The position numbers and the translations under genes are program-made. Source: Chitinibacter fontanus (lineage in GTDB: Bacteria; Pseudomonadota; Gammaproteobacteria; Burkholderiales; Chitinibacteraceae). Taken from it: 32,000 nt of DNA. The DNA lies in contig NZ_CP058952.1 of the NCBI RefSeq assembly GCF_013423785.1, positions 1,483,665 to 1,515,664 of the forward strand, in the 5' to 3' direction. The notes under the pieces are model-generated. The model was not told the origin of the DNA. It was given only the letters and a program-made list of their open reading frames with translations, and did not search any database. Shown here in pieces: positions 9,184 through 18,388 of this stretch. Position 1 is the stretch's first letter. Each line of letters starts with the position of its first letter.

Positions 9184-11925
9184 ATGATCTCGAATCTGCT
9201 GAAAAAAGTATTTGGAAGCCGTAACGACCGTTTGTTGAAACAATACGGTGCCATCGTCAAGCAGATTAATGCCCTAGAGCCAACAATCTCCGCCTTGTCT
9301 GATGCCGACCTACGTGGCAAAACCGATGAGTTCAAAGCCCGCCTTGCTAAAGGTGAAACGCTAGATCAAATTCTTCCTGAAGCATTCGCTGTATGCCGTG
9401 AAGGTGGTAAGCGTGCTTTAGGGATGCGTCACTTTGACGTACAGCTGATTGGTGGTCTGGTGCATCACCAAGGCAAGATTTCCGAGATGCGTACCGGTGA
9501 GGGTAAAACACTGGTTGCCACCTTGGGTGCCTACCTGAATGCACTGACAGGTAACGGCGTGCACGTCATTACGGTGAATGACTACTTGGCACAGCGTGAC
9601 TGCAACCAGATGAGCAAGTTGTTTAACTTCCTCGGTCTGACCTGCGGCGTGAATCTGGGCCAAATGGCGCACGAAGACAAAAAAGCCGCTTACGCCTGCG
9701 ACATTACCTACGGTACCAACAACGAATTCGGCTTTGACTACCTGCGCGACAATATGGTGTTCAGCCCTGAAGAACGCGTACAGCGTGGCCTTAATTTCGC
9801 AATCGTCGACGAAGTGGATTCGATTCTGATCGACGAAGCGCGTACCCCACTGATTATCTCTGGCCCAGCCGACGACAATACTGATCTTTATCGTGCGATG
9901 AATGGCATTCCTGGCCAGCTAAAGCGTCAGGAAACTGAAGATGGTGAAGGTGATTACTGGGTAGATGAAAAAGCCCACAGTGTCATGCTGTCAGAAGCAG
10001 GTCATGAACACGTAGAACAAATTCTCAGTCAGATGGGTTTACTGCCCGAAGGCGACAGCCTCTACGCCGCAGCACATATCAGCCTGATCCATCATTTAAA
10101 TGCTGCGTTGCGCGCTCACTCGCTATTCGTTAAAGACCAGCACTATGTAGTGATGGATGGTGAAGTCATCATCGTCGATGAGCACACTGGCCGTTTGATG
10201 TCAGGTCGTCGCTGGTCAGAAGGCTTGCACCAAGCTGTAGAGGCCAAAGAAGGTGTCGAGATCCAGCAAGAAAATCAAACGCTGGCAACGATCACGCTGC
10301 AAAACTACTTCCGCATGTACAACAAACTGTCAGGTATGACGGGTACTGCAGATACCGAAGCCTACGAATTCCAGCAAATCTATGGTTTGGAAACGGTCAT
10401 TATTCCAACCAACAAGCCAATGATTCGCGATGATCGCCAAGATCAAGTATTCAAAACGGCGAACGAAAAATACAAAGCCATCATCAAAGACATTAAAGGC
10501 TGCGTTGAACGTGGCCAACCGACGCTAGTCGGTACGACGTCAATTGAACAATCTGAATTGCTCTCCGGCATCCTGACGCAGGAAGGCATTGCTCACAATG
10601 TACTGAATGCCAAACACCACGCCAAAGAAGCGCAAATCGTGGCACAAGCGGGTAGCTCTGGTCAGGTAACGATTGCCACCAATATGGCTGGTCGCGGTAC
10701 CGATATCGTACTGGGCGGCAGTATTGAAGCCCAAATTAAACAAATTGAATCTGATGAATCACTCGATGAGGCAGCAAAAGCAGCCCAAATCGCAACGCTG
10801 AAAGCCGAATGGCAAGTCAAACACGATGCCGTCCTGGCCGCAGGTGGCTTGCACATCATCGGTACTGAGCGCCACGACTCACGTCGTATCGACAATCAGT
10901 TGCGTGGTCGTTCAGGCCGTCAGGGTGACCCAGGCTCTAGCCGCTTCTACCTGTCACTCGAAGACACCCTGCTGCGCATTTTTGCCGGCGATCGCGTGGC
11001 ATTTGTGATGGACAAGCTGAAAATGCCGGAAGGCGAGCCTATCGAAGCCGGTATGGTTTCGCGCGCCATCGAATCAGCACAACGCAAAGTGGAAGGCCGC
11101 AACTTCGACATGCGTAAACAATTGCTGGAATACGATGATGTTGCGAACGAGCAGCGTAAAGCGATTTACAGCCAGCGCAATGAAATTCTGGAAAGCAGCG
11201 AAGTTGCATCCACCATTGCAGCGATGCGTGATAGTTATGTTGGCGAGCTATTTGATCAATATATTCCACCCGATTCAATGGAAGAACAGTGGGATGCTGA
11301 AGGCCTAGAACGCGCGCTGAACGAGTTGCACGTTGGAGTGAATGTCAGCGAGTGGGTGAAAAACGAGAAATCGTTGGGCATTGAAGACATGAAAGCGCGC
11401 GTGGTGGCCTCAGCCAAAGCGGCTTACGATGCCAAAGTTGAGCAAGCCTCTGAAACCAACTTCCGCAATTTCGAGCGTTCAGTATTGCTACAGCACGTTG
11501 ACCAATACTGGCGTGAGCATTTGTCAGCGCTTGATCATCTGCGTCAAGGTATCCATCTGCGCGGCTACGCACAGAAGAATCCGAAACAGGAATACAAACG
11601 CGAAGCATTTGAATTGTTCTCGGCACTGCTGGAGCAAATCAAACGCAATGTGCTGCAAATTGTGATGACTGTACAAGTGCGCGGCCCAGAAGATGTGCAA
11701 GCGGTAGAGCAGCATGAAATCCCAGCTTCTGCGATGCAATTTACACACGAAGACATCGAGGCAGTATTAGCGAGCGGTGACGAAGAGAAAATCCGCGAAG
11801 TGCTGATGGCGGCGATGCAACAAGAAGGTGGGCCGAAAATTCAATTTAGTGGCGTAAACCGCAATGACCCGTGCCCATGCGGCTCAGGCAAGAAATACAA
11901 ACAGTGTCACGGCCAATTAGCTTGA
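9184..11925 (+). CDS. secA: Preprotein translocase ATPase SecA
   Basis: 913-aa ORF. N-terminus [19 protein letters not shown], Walker [13 protein letters not shown]-like [19 protein letters not shown], and C-terminal zinc finger [14 protein letters not shown]. Confidence 0.97.
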   Translation: MISNLLKKVFGSRNDRLLKQYGAIVKQINALEPTISALSDADLRGKTDEFKARLAKGETLDQILPEAFAVCREGGKRALGMRHFDVQLIGGLVHHQGKISEMRTGEGKTLVATLGAYLNALTGNGVHVITVNDYLAQRDCNQMSKLFNFLGLTCGVNLGQMAHEDKKAAYACDITYGTNNEFGFDYLRDNMVFSPEERVQRGLNFAIVDEVDSILIDEARTPLIISGPADDNTDLYRAMNGIPGQLKRQETEDGEGDYWVDEKAHSVMLSEAGHEHVEQILSQMGLLPEGDSLYAAAHISLIHHLNAALRAHSLFVKDQHYVVMDGEVIIVDEHTGRLMSGRRWSEGLHQAVEAKEGVEIQQENQTLATITLQNYFRMYNKLSGMTGTADTEAYEFQQIYGLETVIIPTNKPMIRDDRQDQVFKTANEKYKAIIKDIKGCVERGQPTLVGTTSIEQSELLSGILTQEGIAHNVLNAKHHAKEAQIVAQAGSSGQVTIATNMAGRGTDIVLGGSIEAQIKQIESDESLDEAAKAAQIATLKAEWQVKHDAVLAAGGLHIIGTERHDSRRIDNQLRGRSGRQGDPGSSRFYLSLEDTLLRIFAGDRVAFVMDKLKMPEGEPIEAGMVSRAIESAQRKVEGRNFDMRKQLLEYDDVANEQRKAIYSQRNEILESSEVASTIAAMRDSYVGELFDQYIPPDSMEEQWDAEGLERALNELHVGVNVSEWVKNEKSLGIEDMKARVVASAKAAYDAKVEQASETNFRNFERSVLLQHVDQYWREHLSALDHLRQGIHLRGYAQKNPKQEYKREAFELFSALLEQIKRNVLQIVMTVQVRGPEDVQAVEQHEIPASAMQFTHEDIEAVLASGDEEKIREVLMAAMQQEGGPKIQFSGVNRNDPCPCGSGKKYKQCHGQLA

Positions 11926-11947
11926 GCTAGTTGATCGTTACACACCT

Positions 11948-11977
11948 AAAAGCGACTTCCATGGAAGTCGCTTTTTT
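11948..11977. terminator. Bidirectional intrinsic terminator shared by convergent secA and pilU
   Basis: aaaAGCGACTTCCATGGAAGTCGCTtttttt: a perfect palindrome flanked by an A-run and a T-run. Confidence 0.75.
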
Positions 11978-12032
11978 GTTGGGTATTACATGGCACGCCA
12001 ATATCCGCAAAACCTAGCGGCAAATACCCTGA

Positions 12033-13223
12033 CTAGCCAGCAGTGTTACCCTCGACATCGGTCGACTCCGTTTCCGGCTCTTCGTGCACCTCCAGTGACA
12101 AATGATCCAAGCCGCTGCTGTGTTCCTCTTTGCGGTGATGCTGGCTATTGAGCTTGATATTGAGCCGCAATTCATTGAGTGAATCGGCATTTTTCAGCGC
12201 TTCTTCCATGCTGATTTTACCCGCCTCATACAAGTCAAATAGCGCCATATCAAAGGTTTGCATGCCCAGCTCGCGCGATTTTTGCATTGCGGTTTTCACG
12301 CCACCAACATCGCCTTTGAAAATTAAGTCGGCCACCAGGGGCGTATTTAGTAAAATCTCGATCGCCGCGCAGCGCCCTTTGCCATCGGGCGTTGGCACCA
12401 GTCGTTGCGAAATGATGCCGCGCATATTGAGCGATAAATCCATATACAGCTGCGGATGGCGCTCTTCGGGGAAAAAATTAACGATGCGTTCGAGCGCCTG
12501 ATTAGAGCTATTGGCATGCAGCGTGCCCATGCATAGGTGGCCGGTTTCGGCGAAGTTCATCGCGTATTCCATCGTTTCACGATCGCGAATCTCACCAATC
12601 AAAATCACATCGGGCGCTTGGCGCAGCGTATTTTTTAGCGCGCTAAACCAGCCCTTGGTGTCACGCCCTACTTCGCGATGCGTCACCAGACAATTTTTAT
12701 TCTTATGCAGATACTCAACCGGATCTTCAATTGTGATGATGTGGCCGTGGCTGTGCTCGTTGCGGTAATCAATCATCGCCGCCATCGTCGTCGATTTACC
12801 CGAGCCGGTACCACCGACCAGCAGCACCAGCCCGCGCTTACTCATCATCACTTCTTTTAATACTTTGGGCAGGCCCATCTCGTCGAAGTTTGGAATCTTG
12901 CTGGTAATCGTGCGCAACACCATGCCCACTTTTTCCTGCTGCATAAACACATTCACGCGAAAGCGACCGATGCCTTCGGGGCTAATCGCAAAATTGCACT
13001 CAAATTCGCCCTCAAACTCAGCCACCTGATCGGGCCGCATCAGCGCATAAGCCAAGGCGCGAGTTGCCGCTGCGTTGAGTTTTTGCTGCCCCACCGGCGT
13101 CATCTTCCCGTTGATTTTCATTGCGGGTGGAAAATCATCGGAGATAAATAAATCGGACGCTTTGTGTTGAATCATCATGCGCAGCAAATCATGCATGGTT
13201 TTTAGGGCTTGTTCTGGGCTCAT
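12033..13223 (-). CDS. pilU: Type IVa pilus retraction ATPase, PilU-like (PilT/PilU family)
   Basis: Collinear by eye with P. aeruginosa PilU (DLFI..PPAMKINGK, Walker A GGTGSGKST, TLRQAPDVILIGEIRDRETM, ETGHLC.GTLHAN, LRLNIKL tail). I place the start at the ATG at 13221-13223 (MSPEQAL...), preceded by GGAGGTG, rather than the TTG at 13241. Confidence 0.85.
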   Translation of the reverse strand: MSPEQALKTMHDLLRMMIQHKASDLFISDDFPPAMKINGKMTPVGQQKLNAAATRALAYALMRPDQVAEFEGEFECNFAISPEGIGRFRVNVFMQQEKVGMVLRTITSKIPNFDEMGLPKVLKEVMMSKRGLVLLVGGTGSGKSTTMAAMIDYRNEHSHGHIITIEDPVEYLHKNKNCLVTHREVGRDTKGWFSALKNTLRQAPDVILIGEIRDRETMEYAMNFAETGHLCMGTLHANSSNQALERIVNFFPEERHPQLYMDLSLNMRGIISQRLVPTPDGKGRCAAIEILLNTPLVADLIFKGDVGGVKTAMQKSRELGMQTFDMALFDLYEAGKISMEEALKNADSLNELRLNIKLNSQHHRKEEHSSGLDHLSLEVHEEPETESTDVEGNTAG

Positions 13224-13310
13224 CTTCACCTCCTGTATCAACAGGATATAGACCGCTCATCTGCAACTGGCTAGCTCAATGGATGGATGGCATTAGTTGC
13301 AGCAAAAAAT

Positions 13311-13329
13311 ACTAGACGACTGGTCTAGT
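13311..13329. promoter_or_regulatory. Candidate TetR operator, copy 1 (palindrome ACTAGACgactgGTCTAGT), overlapping the tetR 5' end
   Basis: 7-bp inverted arms with a 5-nt spacer. It shares the 17-nt core ACTAGnCGACTGGTCTA with 13993-14009. Confidence 0.45.
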
Positions 13330-13945
13330 GAGCTTTATCATGCATCCCATGACGACTGAACACCAATCAATGCGCCAGCACATTCTGGATGTAGCCAAAC
13401 CCATCATCCTTGGCAAAGGCTTTTCTGCTGTAGGCCTCAATGAGATTTTGACTGCCGCCAACGTGCCTAAAGGCTCGTTTTACCATTACTTCAAATCCAA
13501 AGAAGCCTTTGGTGCGGCATTACTTGACTCATACTTTGAAGATTATTTTGGCCGATTGGAAGTCATGCTGGCACCCAATAGCGAAAATGCCGCGCAGCGA
13601 ATGGTAGCCTACTGGACCCGCTGGCTGGAAACCCAAGCCGGCGACTGCTGCGAAGAAAAATGCCTCACCGTCAAGCTGGCTGGTGAAGTATCAGATTTAT
13701 CGGAAGCGATGCGCGACAGCCTGCGCCGTGGCACCGACCAACTGATCACCCGCTTGGCCCAATGCATCAACGAGGGGATCACCGATGGCTCATTGGCCCG
13801 CGATCTGAATGCCACCCAAGTGGCCGAAACCTTGTATCAAATGTGGCTGGGTGCCACCTTGCTCGCCAAAGTACGGCGTGAAAATAGCTCGCTGATGTGT
13901 GCCATGCAAAGCACCCTTAAAATTTTGCAATTAGCTACTCCGTAA
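13328..13945 (+). CDS. TetR/AcrR-family transcriptional regulator
   Basis: 205-aa ORF with the TetR HTH region (ILDVAKPIILGKGFSAVGLNEILTAANVPKGSFYHYFKSKEAF). The start is uncertain: GTG at 13328, or ATG at 13340 or 13349. Confidence 0.8.
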   Translation: MSFIMHPMTTEHQSMRQHILDVAKPIILGKGFSAVGLNEILTAANVPKGSFYHYFKSKEAFGAALLDSYFEDYFGRLEVMLAPNSENAAQRMVAYWTRWLETQAGDCCEEKCLTVKLAGEVSDLSEAMRDSLRRGTDQLITRLAQCINEGITDGSLARDLNATQVAETLYQMWLGATLLAKVRRENSSLMCAMQSTLKILQLATP

Positions 13946-13992
13946 GCAAACACTGATCGCTCAGCACAGAGCGATCTTATTTTTATCCAATA

Positions 13993-14009
13993 ACTAGCCG
14001 ACTGGTCTA
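13993..14009. promoter_or_regulatory. Candidate TetR operator, copy 2, upstream of the yqhD-like gene
   Basis: ACTAGCCGACTGGTCTA lies 17 nt upstream of the ATG at 14026 and just before the AAGGAAA RBS. It differs at one position from copy 1. Confidence 0.45.
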
Positions 14010-14025
14010 ATAAAGGAAATGCCTT

Positions 14026-15183
14026 ATGTTTAATTTTGAATTTCATAACCCCACCAAAATCGTTTTCGGTACCGACACCATCGCCAAACTTGACCAGCTG
14101 GTTCCAGCCAATGCCCGCGTATTGATACTGCTCGGCGGCGAAAGTGCGCGTAAAAACGGCACGCTCGCTGAAGTGCGCGTAGCGCTGGGCGCACGTGAAG
14201 TGCAGGAATTCAATGGTATTGAACCCAACCCAAGCTACGAAACCTTGATGCAAGCGGTTGAGCTAATCCGCCGCGAAAAACTCGACTACCTGCTCGCAGT
14301 GGGTGGCGGCTCGGTGATCGACGGCACCAAATTTGTCGCCGCCGCCGTGCCATTTGTCGGCGAGCCGTGGGATATTCTCACCACGCACGGCCAAGTGGTA
14401 ACGGCAGCATTGCCATTTGGTTCGGTGCTCACCTTGCCCGCCACTGGCTCGGAAATGAATAATGGCTCGGTGATTACCCGCAAAGCCAGCCACAGCAAAT
14501 TGGCGTTTATGAGCACGCACGTGTTCCCGCAATTTTCAATTCTAGACCCGACCAAAACGCTAACCTTGCCAACGCGTCAAATCGCCAACGGCGTCGTCGA
14601 TGCCTATGTGCACATCGTCGAGCAATACCTCACCTACCCCGCCAACGGCATGGTGCAAGATCGTTTTGCCGAAGGCCTATTGTTGTCCCTAATCGAGCTT
14701 GGCCCTAAAGTACTCGCCACACCAAACGATTACGATTTACGCGCCAACCTGATGTGGATCGCCACGCAAGCGCTGAACGGACTGATCGGCGCGGGTGTTC
14801 CGCAAGATTGGTCTACGCACATGATCGGCCACGAGCTCACTGCGCTGTACGACATCGACCACGCCCGCACCTTGGCCATCGTCTTGCCCGCCAATTTGCA
14901 CGTCCGCCGCACCAGCAAACACGCCAAATTGCTGCAATACGCTGAGCGCGTATGGGGCATTCGTGATGGTAGTGACGAACAACGCATCGACGCAGCGATC
15001 GCCAAAACCGCTGAATTCTTTGAAGCGATGGGCATCAAAACCAAATTGGCCGATTACGAACTCGACCAATCCGCAGTCGATGCCGTGGTCGCTCAACTAG
15101 AAAAACACGGCATGACCGCCATTGGTGAACACGGCGACCTCACCCCAGAAGTCGCCCGCCAAATCCTCACCGCAGCACGCTAA
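14026..15183 (+). CDS. yqhD: Iron-containing (group III) NADPH-dependent alcohol/aldehyde reductase, YqhD-like
   Basis: 385-aa ORF, collinear by eye with E. coli YqhD (FNFEFHNPTKIVFG, LLAVGGGSVIDGTKF, LTLPATGSEMN, ANGVVDAYVHIVEQY, QDWSTHMIGHELTA, KLLQYAERVWGI). Confidence 0.9.
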   Translation: MFNFEFHNPTKIVFGTDTIAKLDQLVPANARVLILLGGESARKNGTLAEVRVALGAREVQEFNGIEPNPSYETLMQAVELIRREKLDYLLAVGGGSVIDGTKFVAAAVPFVGEPWDILTTHGQVVTAALPFGSVLTLPATGSEMNNGSVITRKASHSKLAFMSTHVFPQFSILDPTKTLTLPTRQIANGVVDAYVHIVEQYLTYPANGMVQDRFAEGLLLSLIELGPKVLATPNDYDLRANLMWIATQALNGLIGAGVPQDWSTHMIGHELTALYDIDHARTLAIVLPANLHVRRTSKHAKLLQYAERVWGIRDGSDEQRIDAAIAKTAEFFEAMGIKTKLADYELDQSAVDAVVAQLEKHGMTAIGEHGDLTPEVARQILTAAR

Positions 15184-15190
15184 CACGACA

Positions 15191-15216
15191 ACGGCGAGCC
15201 TAGGCTCGCCGTTTTG
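15191..15216 (+). terminator. Intrinsic terminator after yqhD; also marks the core-genome edge of the T6SS/rhs region
   Basis: ACGGCGAGC-ctag-GCTCGCCGT followed by TTT(g)T. Confidence 0.6.
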
Positions 15217-15428
15217 TCATCCCGCTCACGCAAATCCACAAAGCACAGTGATTGGCGCCCCCGTCCCCTATTCCACCACCTGCGCCAGCGGTACAAAGCT
15301 GCCCGCTTCAAACAGATAATGGCGTGTTTGATCGGCGGTTTGTTCCAGCGCGATGACGTCGCCATCCCAGACAAAGGTCGTGGTCTGCCCGTTGTGGCGT
15401 TTGCCGATGCGGCGGCCGAAGACGTCGT

Positions 15429-15455
15429 CCCCCAAGGGGACTTCCTACGGGGCGT
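15429..15455 (-). repeat. 27-nt insert copy a (plus strand cccccaaggggacttcctacggggcgt)
   Basis: Coding-strand reading is ...FKY|APxEVPLGD|DVFGRR, where x is TAG. Identical to the other three copies. Its two flanks come from two different Y|D sites. Confidence 0.9.
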
Positions 15456-15714
15456 ACTTGAAATGCGTACCGGCGTATTCTTTGAGCAAATTGCCGACGA
15501 TGGCGGGTATATTGCCGGGAAGATTATTACTATTAACCTGCGAGGCAATACTACCATTGGTATTAACGATATTGCTCGCCGGATCGAAGGCAAAAGTCTC
15601 TTTAGCTAGCGGGCTGGCTGGCTGCAGCGATCAGGCGGACGACTGGGTCATAACGGTAGCTGGTCGCGCCGCTGCGGCTATCGTTGATGCCGAGCAGCTG
15701 GCCGACGGCGTCGT

Positions 15715-15741
15715 CCCCCAAGGGGACTTCCTACGGGGCGT
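15715..15741 (-). repeat. 27-nt insert copy b
   Basis: Same 27-mer, at the site homologous to YQY|DAVGQ of the main rhs (main equivalent 21404/21405). Confidence 0.9.
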
Positions 15742-15924
15742 ATTGATAGCTGCGTGTTTGGCTGGCTTTGCCCGCCATGCTGCGTCAGCCGGCCCATTTT
15801 GTCGTATTGCAGCGTGGCGGCGAGCTAATTGCCCAGCGTACGGCTCACTTCGCGGTGCAGATTGTCGCGCTCGAAGCTGGCGATTTCCTGCCCATTCCAC
15901 AGCACGCACCTTACACGAAGTCTT

Positions 15925-15954
15925 CGATTACGCTTTCTAATCGGAATTACGAGG
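15925..15954 (-). repeat. Cassette-junction motif X, copy 1 (cgattacgctttctaatcggaattacgagg)
   Basis: About 75% identical by eye to 19670-19700. Contains the inverted repeat CGATTA-cgctttc-TAATCG. Confidence 0.5.
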
Positions 15955-15964
15955 TCTTAATTGA

Positions 15965-15990
15965 AATTAATCGAGTCTGCCTCATTAATT
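15965..15990 (-). repeat. Cassette-junction hairpin, copy 1 (AATTAAT-cgagtctgcctc-ATTAATT)
   Basis: Lies between the stop of the last immunity gene and rhs fragment B. Homologous to 19020-19046, with a compensatory base-pair change. Confidence 0.55.
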
Positions 15991-16006
15991 CTAACCGTCA
16001 ATTTTC

Positions 16007-16513
16007 TTATAAAATAAAGAAAGTTCCATTTATTTTTTTAAAGTCGACACTGCTTTCACATTTATAACCACAAGGCACATGACCAGCTTTATAAACCTCA
16101 CAAACTTTAGAAAAAAACATGGGTTTTAAGCCAACTCGCTTTATGAAATATTTTTCAACAATGATTAAAATAACATCATCAATAATTTTGCTCTTGATTG
16201 CCTCACGTTTTGTTAGATCAGGAGCAAACTCGACATTTAACGAGAGTTCTTCATCGCAAAATCGTCTAGCCGATTCGACGACCTTATTCCATTCTTGATA
16301 TTGATTTTGAAACTTACTATTTAGAAAAATAGTCAATACTGCTTGAGCCTCCAAACGTATGTCAGCCCATTCATCTGAGAAAAGAGCTTCATCAAACTGC
16401 GGATACGTTAAATTCTCAGTGATAAATTGCAGTTCGTTTTCTCCCACCCCGACACTAGACAGGAAATCAACCGCCTTTAATTCAGAAAATATTGACTCAA
16501 GCACCCTAGACAT
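16007..16513 (-). CDS. Hypothetical protein, putative orphan immunity protein
   Basis: 168-aa AT-rich ORF. Its ATG directly abuts the TGA of the upstream SUKH gene (TGAATG). I recognise no family; the call rests on position in the immunity array. Confidence 0.45.
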   Translation of the reverse strand: MSRVLESIFSELKAVDFLSSVGVGENELQFITENLTYPQFDEALFSDEWADIRLEAQAVLTIFLNSKFQNQYQEWNKVVESARRFCDEELSLNVEFAPDLTKREAIKSKIIDDVILIIVEKYFIKRVGLKPMFFSKVCEVYKAGHVPCGYKCESSVDFKKINGTFFIL

Positions 16514-17008
16514 TCAATTTGACTTAACATTATTAATAATAGACAAGTAAAAATCATCAAATGATTTAGCAACCAAATACAAGCCACCGCACTCATCAAC
16601 CTCAGAAATATCCTCACTATAGTTAACACCCGAATGCAAGTGAGTCCTATCCCAATAGTATATTTTATCCCCACCCTCATCGGCAGTTAACACATAGAAA
16701 TTTCCACCTCCATCTTCGCCAATAACTATTTTTCTATCAACACTAACCAAATCATCCAATACTTCATTATTTATGCAAAGCAAGTCTAGGTTCTCATTTT
16801 CCATAGCACACCCATACAAGCAATAGAAAGAGATAAACCCGTTATCCACTTTTTCCAGCGGAATATCGACATAATCACCATTTGTTATTTTTAAACCATT
16901 ATGCCTCAATAAGAAATCAAAGTAGCATCTCGGAAAATCAATTCCCAATACCGACTCAATATTACTGACAACACCTTCTTCACAACTTCCATTATACAAT
17001 ACCGTCAT
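16514..17008 (-). CDS. SMI1/KNR4 (SUKH-1) family immunity protein, orphan
   Basis: 164-aa ORF with the SUKH hallmark region (VIGEDGGGNFYVL...IYYWD) and the N-terminal FPRCYFDFLLRHNG segment. Confidence 0.8.
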   Translation of the reverse strand: MTVLYNGSCEEGVVSNIESVLGIDFPRCYFDFLLRHNGLKITNGDYVDIPLEKVDNGFISFYCLYGCAMENENLDLLCINNEVLDDLVSVDRKIVIGEDGGGNFYVLTADEGGDKIYYWDRTHLHSGVNYSEDISEVDECGGLYLVAKSFDDFYLSIINNVKSN

Positions 17009-17026
17009 TTTTATAACTTTTTAAGC

Positions 17027-17506
17027 CTACCCCCACCAATCCAATAATGTCTCATCATCTGGATCTTGGAAATTTTTATAGATATTTCCGTAATACCATG
17101 CAACTCCTGAAGCCTCGGTAAATTCATCGAATACTTCACGGATATTATCCAATCCTGAAGAAAATGGTACAGAAAATACAAGCACGCCACAGTCAAATGC
17201 GTCTTTCGTTCCGCCAAGCCTTTCTTCCACATTGGATACTAAATTCTCCAAAACATTAGGCTCAAGAGAATCTGTGTAGATCTGTATTGCAAAGTTCCCA
17301 CCCCGTTTAATAACCTCAGCAGGGGAATCGCTATCATGCAAGGAAATTACATCACTTTTTGCTAAGTTTAAGGTTAGCCCCGGCGATATTAGAAGTTTAA
17401 ATTTCCCATTTCCAAGATCTAATGCGGGCAACTCCTCTCTTACTGGGCCATTCGCGTTGTGGCCAGCTAAAACGGATACTATACATTCTAATTCTTTATC
17501 TACCAT
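17027..17506 (-). CDS. Putative cognate immunity protein for the orphan HNH toxin
   Basis: I place the start at the ATG at 17504-17506 (MVDKELE...), preceded by GGAG. It overlaps the last codons of the toxin ORF (GAPYGR*) by 11 nt. Acidic, AT-rich, family not recognised. Confidence 0.6.
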   Translation of the reverse strand: MVDKELECIVSVLAGHNANGPVREELPALDLGNGKFKLLISPGLTLNLAKSDVISLHDSDSPAEVIKRGGNFAIQIYTDSLEPNVLENLVSNVEERLGGTKDAFDCGVLVFSVPFSSGLDNIREVFDEFTEASGVAWYYGNIYKNFQDPDDETLLDWWG

Positions 17507-18368
17507 AGGGCGCTCCACAACTACCTCGTTCAACACAAGATATTCCTTCTTTCACGTAACCACTACTTCCCGCACTCAAGTTACATGCAGCATCTTCTAG
17601 TTCCACATTTAGGTCCGCCAAGTTCCCACCTTTTGCTGTTGGTACATTTTTATGACCTAAATGCATATCATCAGGATTAGTTGATGTATGACCACAGCGC
17701 CAGCAACGATATACTCCCGTTGTATTCTGGTTTAATAATTTTTCTCGACAATCCTGCTGGCCTTTTCTGTTACCACCTCCAAGCTTACTAGCTTGAATTT
17801 CAGCAGGAGTGGCCCCTTCCCCATCTTTTTTTGCGTAAACCGAAGGTTTCTTTTTTACTAGTCCAAGCGGATCAATCCACTCCACCGGATTCGGCGCATA
17901 GGCATGGGTATTTAATCCGCCCAGCAAACCAATCGGGTCCGACGAAATAAACCGCCCGATTTCCGGGTCGTAGTAGCGGTGGCGGTTGTAGTGTAAACCG
18001 GATTCGGCGTCGAAGTATTGGCCTTGGAAGCGAATCGGGTTGTCGATGCCGGCGCTGTTTGCAGCTTGCGAGTTGACCGCTTTGGCTGCACCCCACGCTT
18101 TGTACTCGGCGCTCCACGCCACTTCGCCGTCTGCGCCGGTAAAGAGTTGCGGCGTGCCGAGGTGGTCGACGTAATAGTAAGCGGTGTTACTCCCACCATC
18201 TTTTTCCACCACCTGCGCCAGCGGCACAAAGCTGCCCGCTTCAAATAGATAATGCCGCGTCTGCTCGGCGGTTTGCTCCAGCGCGATGACGTCGCCATCC
18301 CAGACAAAGGTCGTCGTCTGGCCATTGTGGCGTTTGCCGATGCGGCGGCCGAAGACGTCGTCCCCCAA
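17496..18368 (-). CDS. Orphan Rhs C-terminal core fragment fused to an HNH-endonuclease toxin domain (fragment A, intact 3' part)
   Basis: 290-codon ORF starting at the TTG inside 27-nt insert copy c. The first 170 aa match the end of the Rhs core (HYNRHRYYDPEIGRFISSDPIGLLGG...PVEWIDPLGL, ending at nt 17859). The 120-aa tail contains CWRCGH-x9-MHLGH-x9-GGN-x12-ACN, a classic HNH pattern. Confidence 0.7.
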   Translation of the reverse strand: MGDDVFGRRIGKRHNGQTTTFVWDGDVIALEQTAEQTRHYLFEAGSFVPLAQVVEKDGGSNTAYYYVDHLGTPQLFTGADGEVAWSAEYKAWGAAKAVNSQAANSAGIDNPIRFQGQYFDAESGLHYNRHRYYDPEIGRFISSDPIGLLGGLNTHAYAPNPVEWIDPLGLVKKKPSVYAKKDGEGATPAEIQASKLGGGNRKGQQDCREKLLNQNTTGVYRCWRCGHTSTNPDDMHLGHKNVPTAKGGNLADLNVELEDAACNLSAGSSGYVKEGISCVERGSCGAPYGR

Positions 18369-18388
18369 GGGGACTTCCTACGGGGCGT
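18362..18388 (-). repeat. 27-nt insert copy c
   Basis: The main rhs reads gaagacgtcgt|acgcgtattcgg (EYAY|DVFG, 21029/21030). Here the same flanks enclose the 27-mer, giving EYAY-APxEVPLGD-DVFG. Confidence 0.92.

Larger units (their letters stand above)
15264..15917 (-). pseudogene. Terminal rhs core remnant (fragment B), with no toxin tail
   Basis: Aligns by eye to the main rhs at about 20880-21575 and to fragment A. Lesions seen: an in-frame TAG replacing Gln (15825-15827, GN*LAA versus GNQLAA); a roughly 5-nt deletion near 15777; a roughly 4-nt insertion near 15615; a 120-nt internal deletion; and two 27-nt inserts. Homology stops at about 15264 after ...PLAQVVE*. Confidence 0.8.

Noticed and set aside
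9347-11756. Multiple 60-95-aa ORFs on both strands inside secA
   Set aside because: They are fully embedded in an unambiguous 913-aa secA reading frame and have no independent support.
17011-17232. 73-aa minus-strand ORF overlapping the 3' end of the 17027..17506 immunity gene
   Set aside because: It is an alternative frame fully inside a better-supported, translationally coupled gene, with no RBS.
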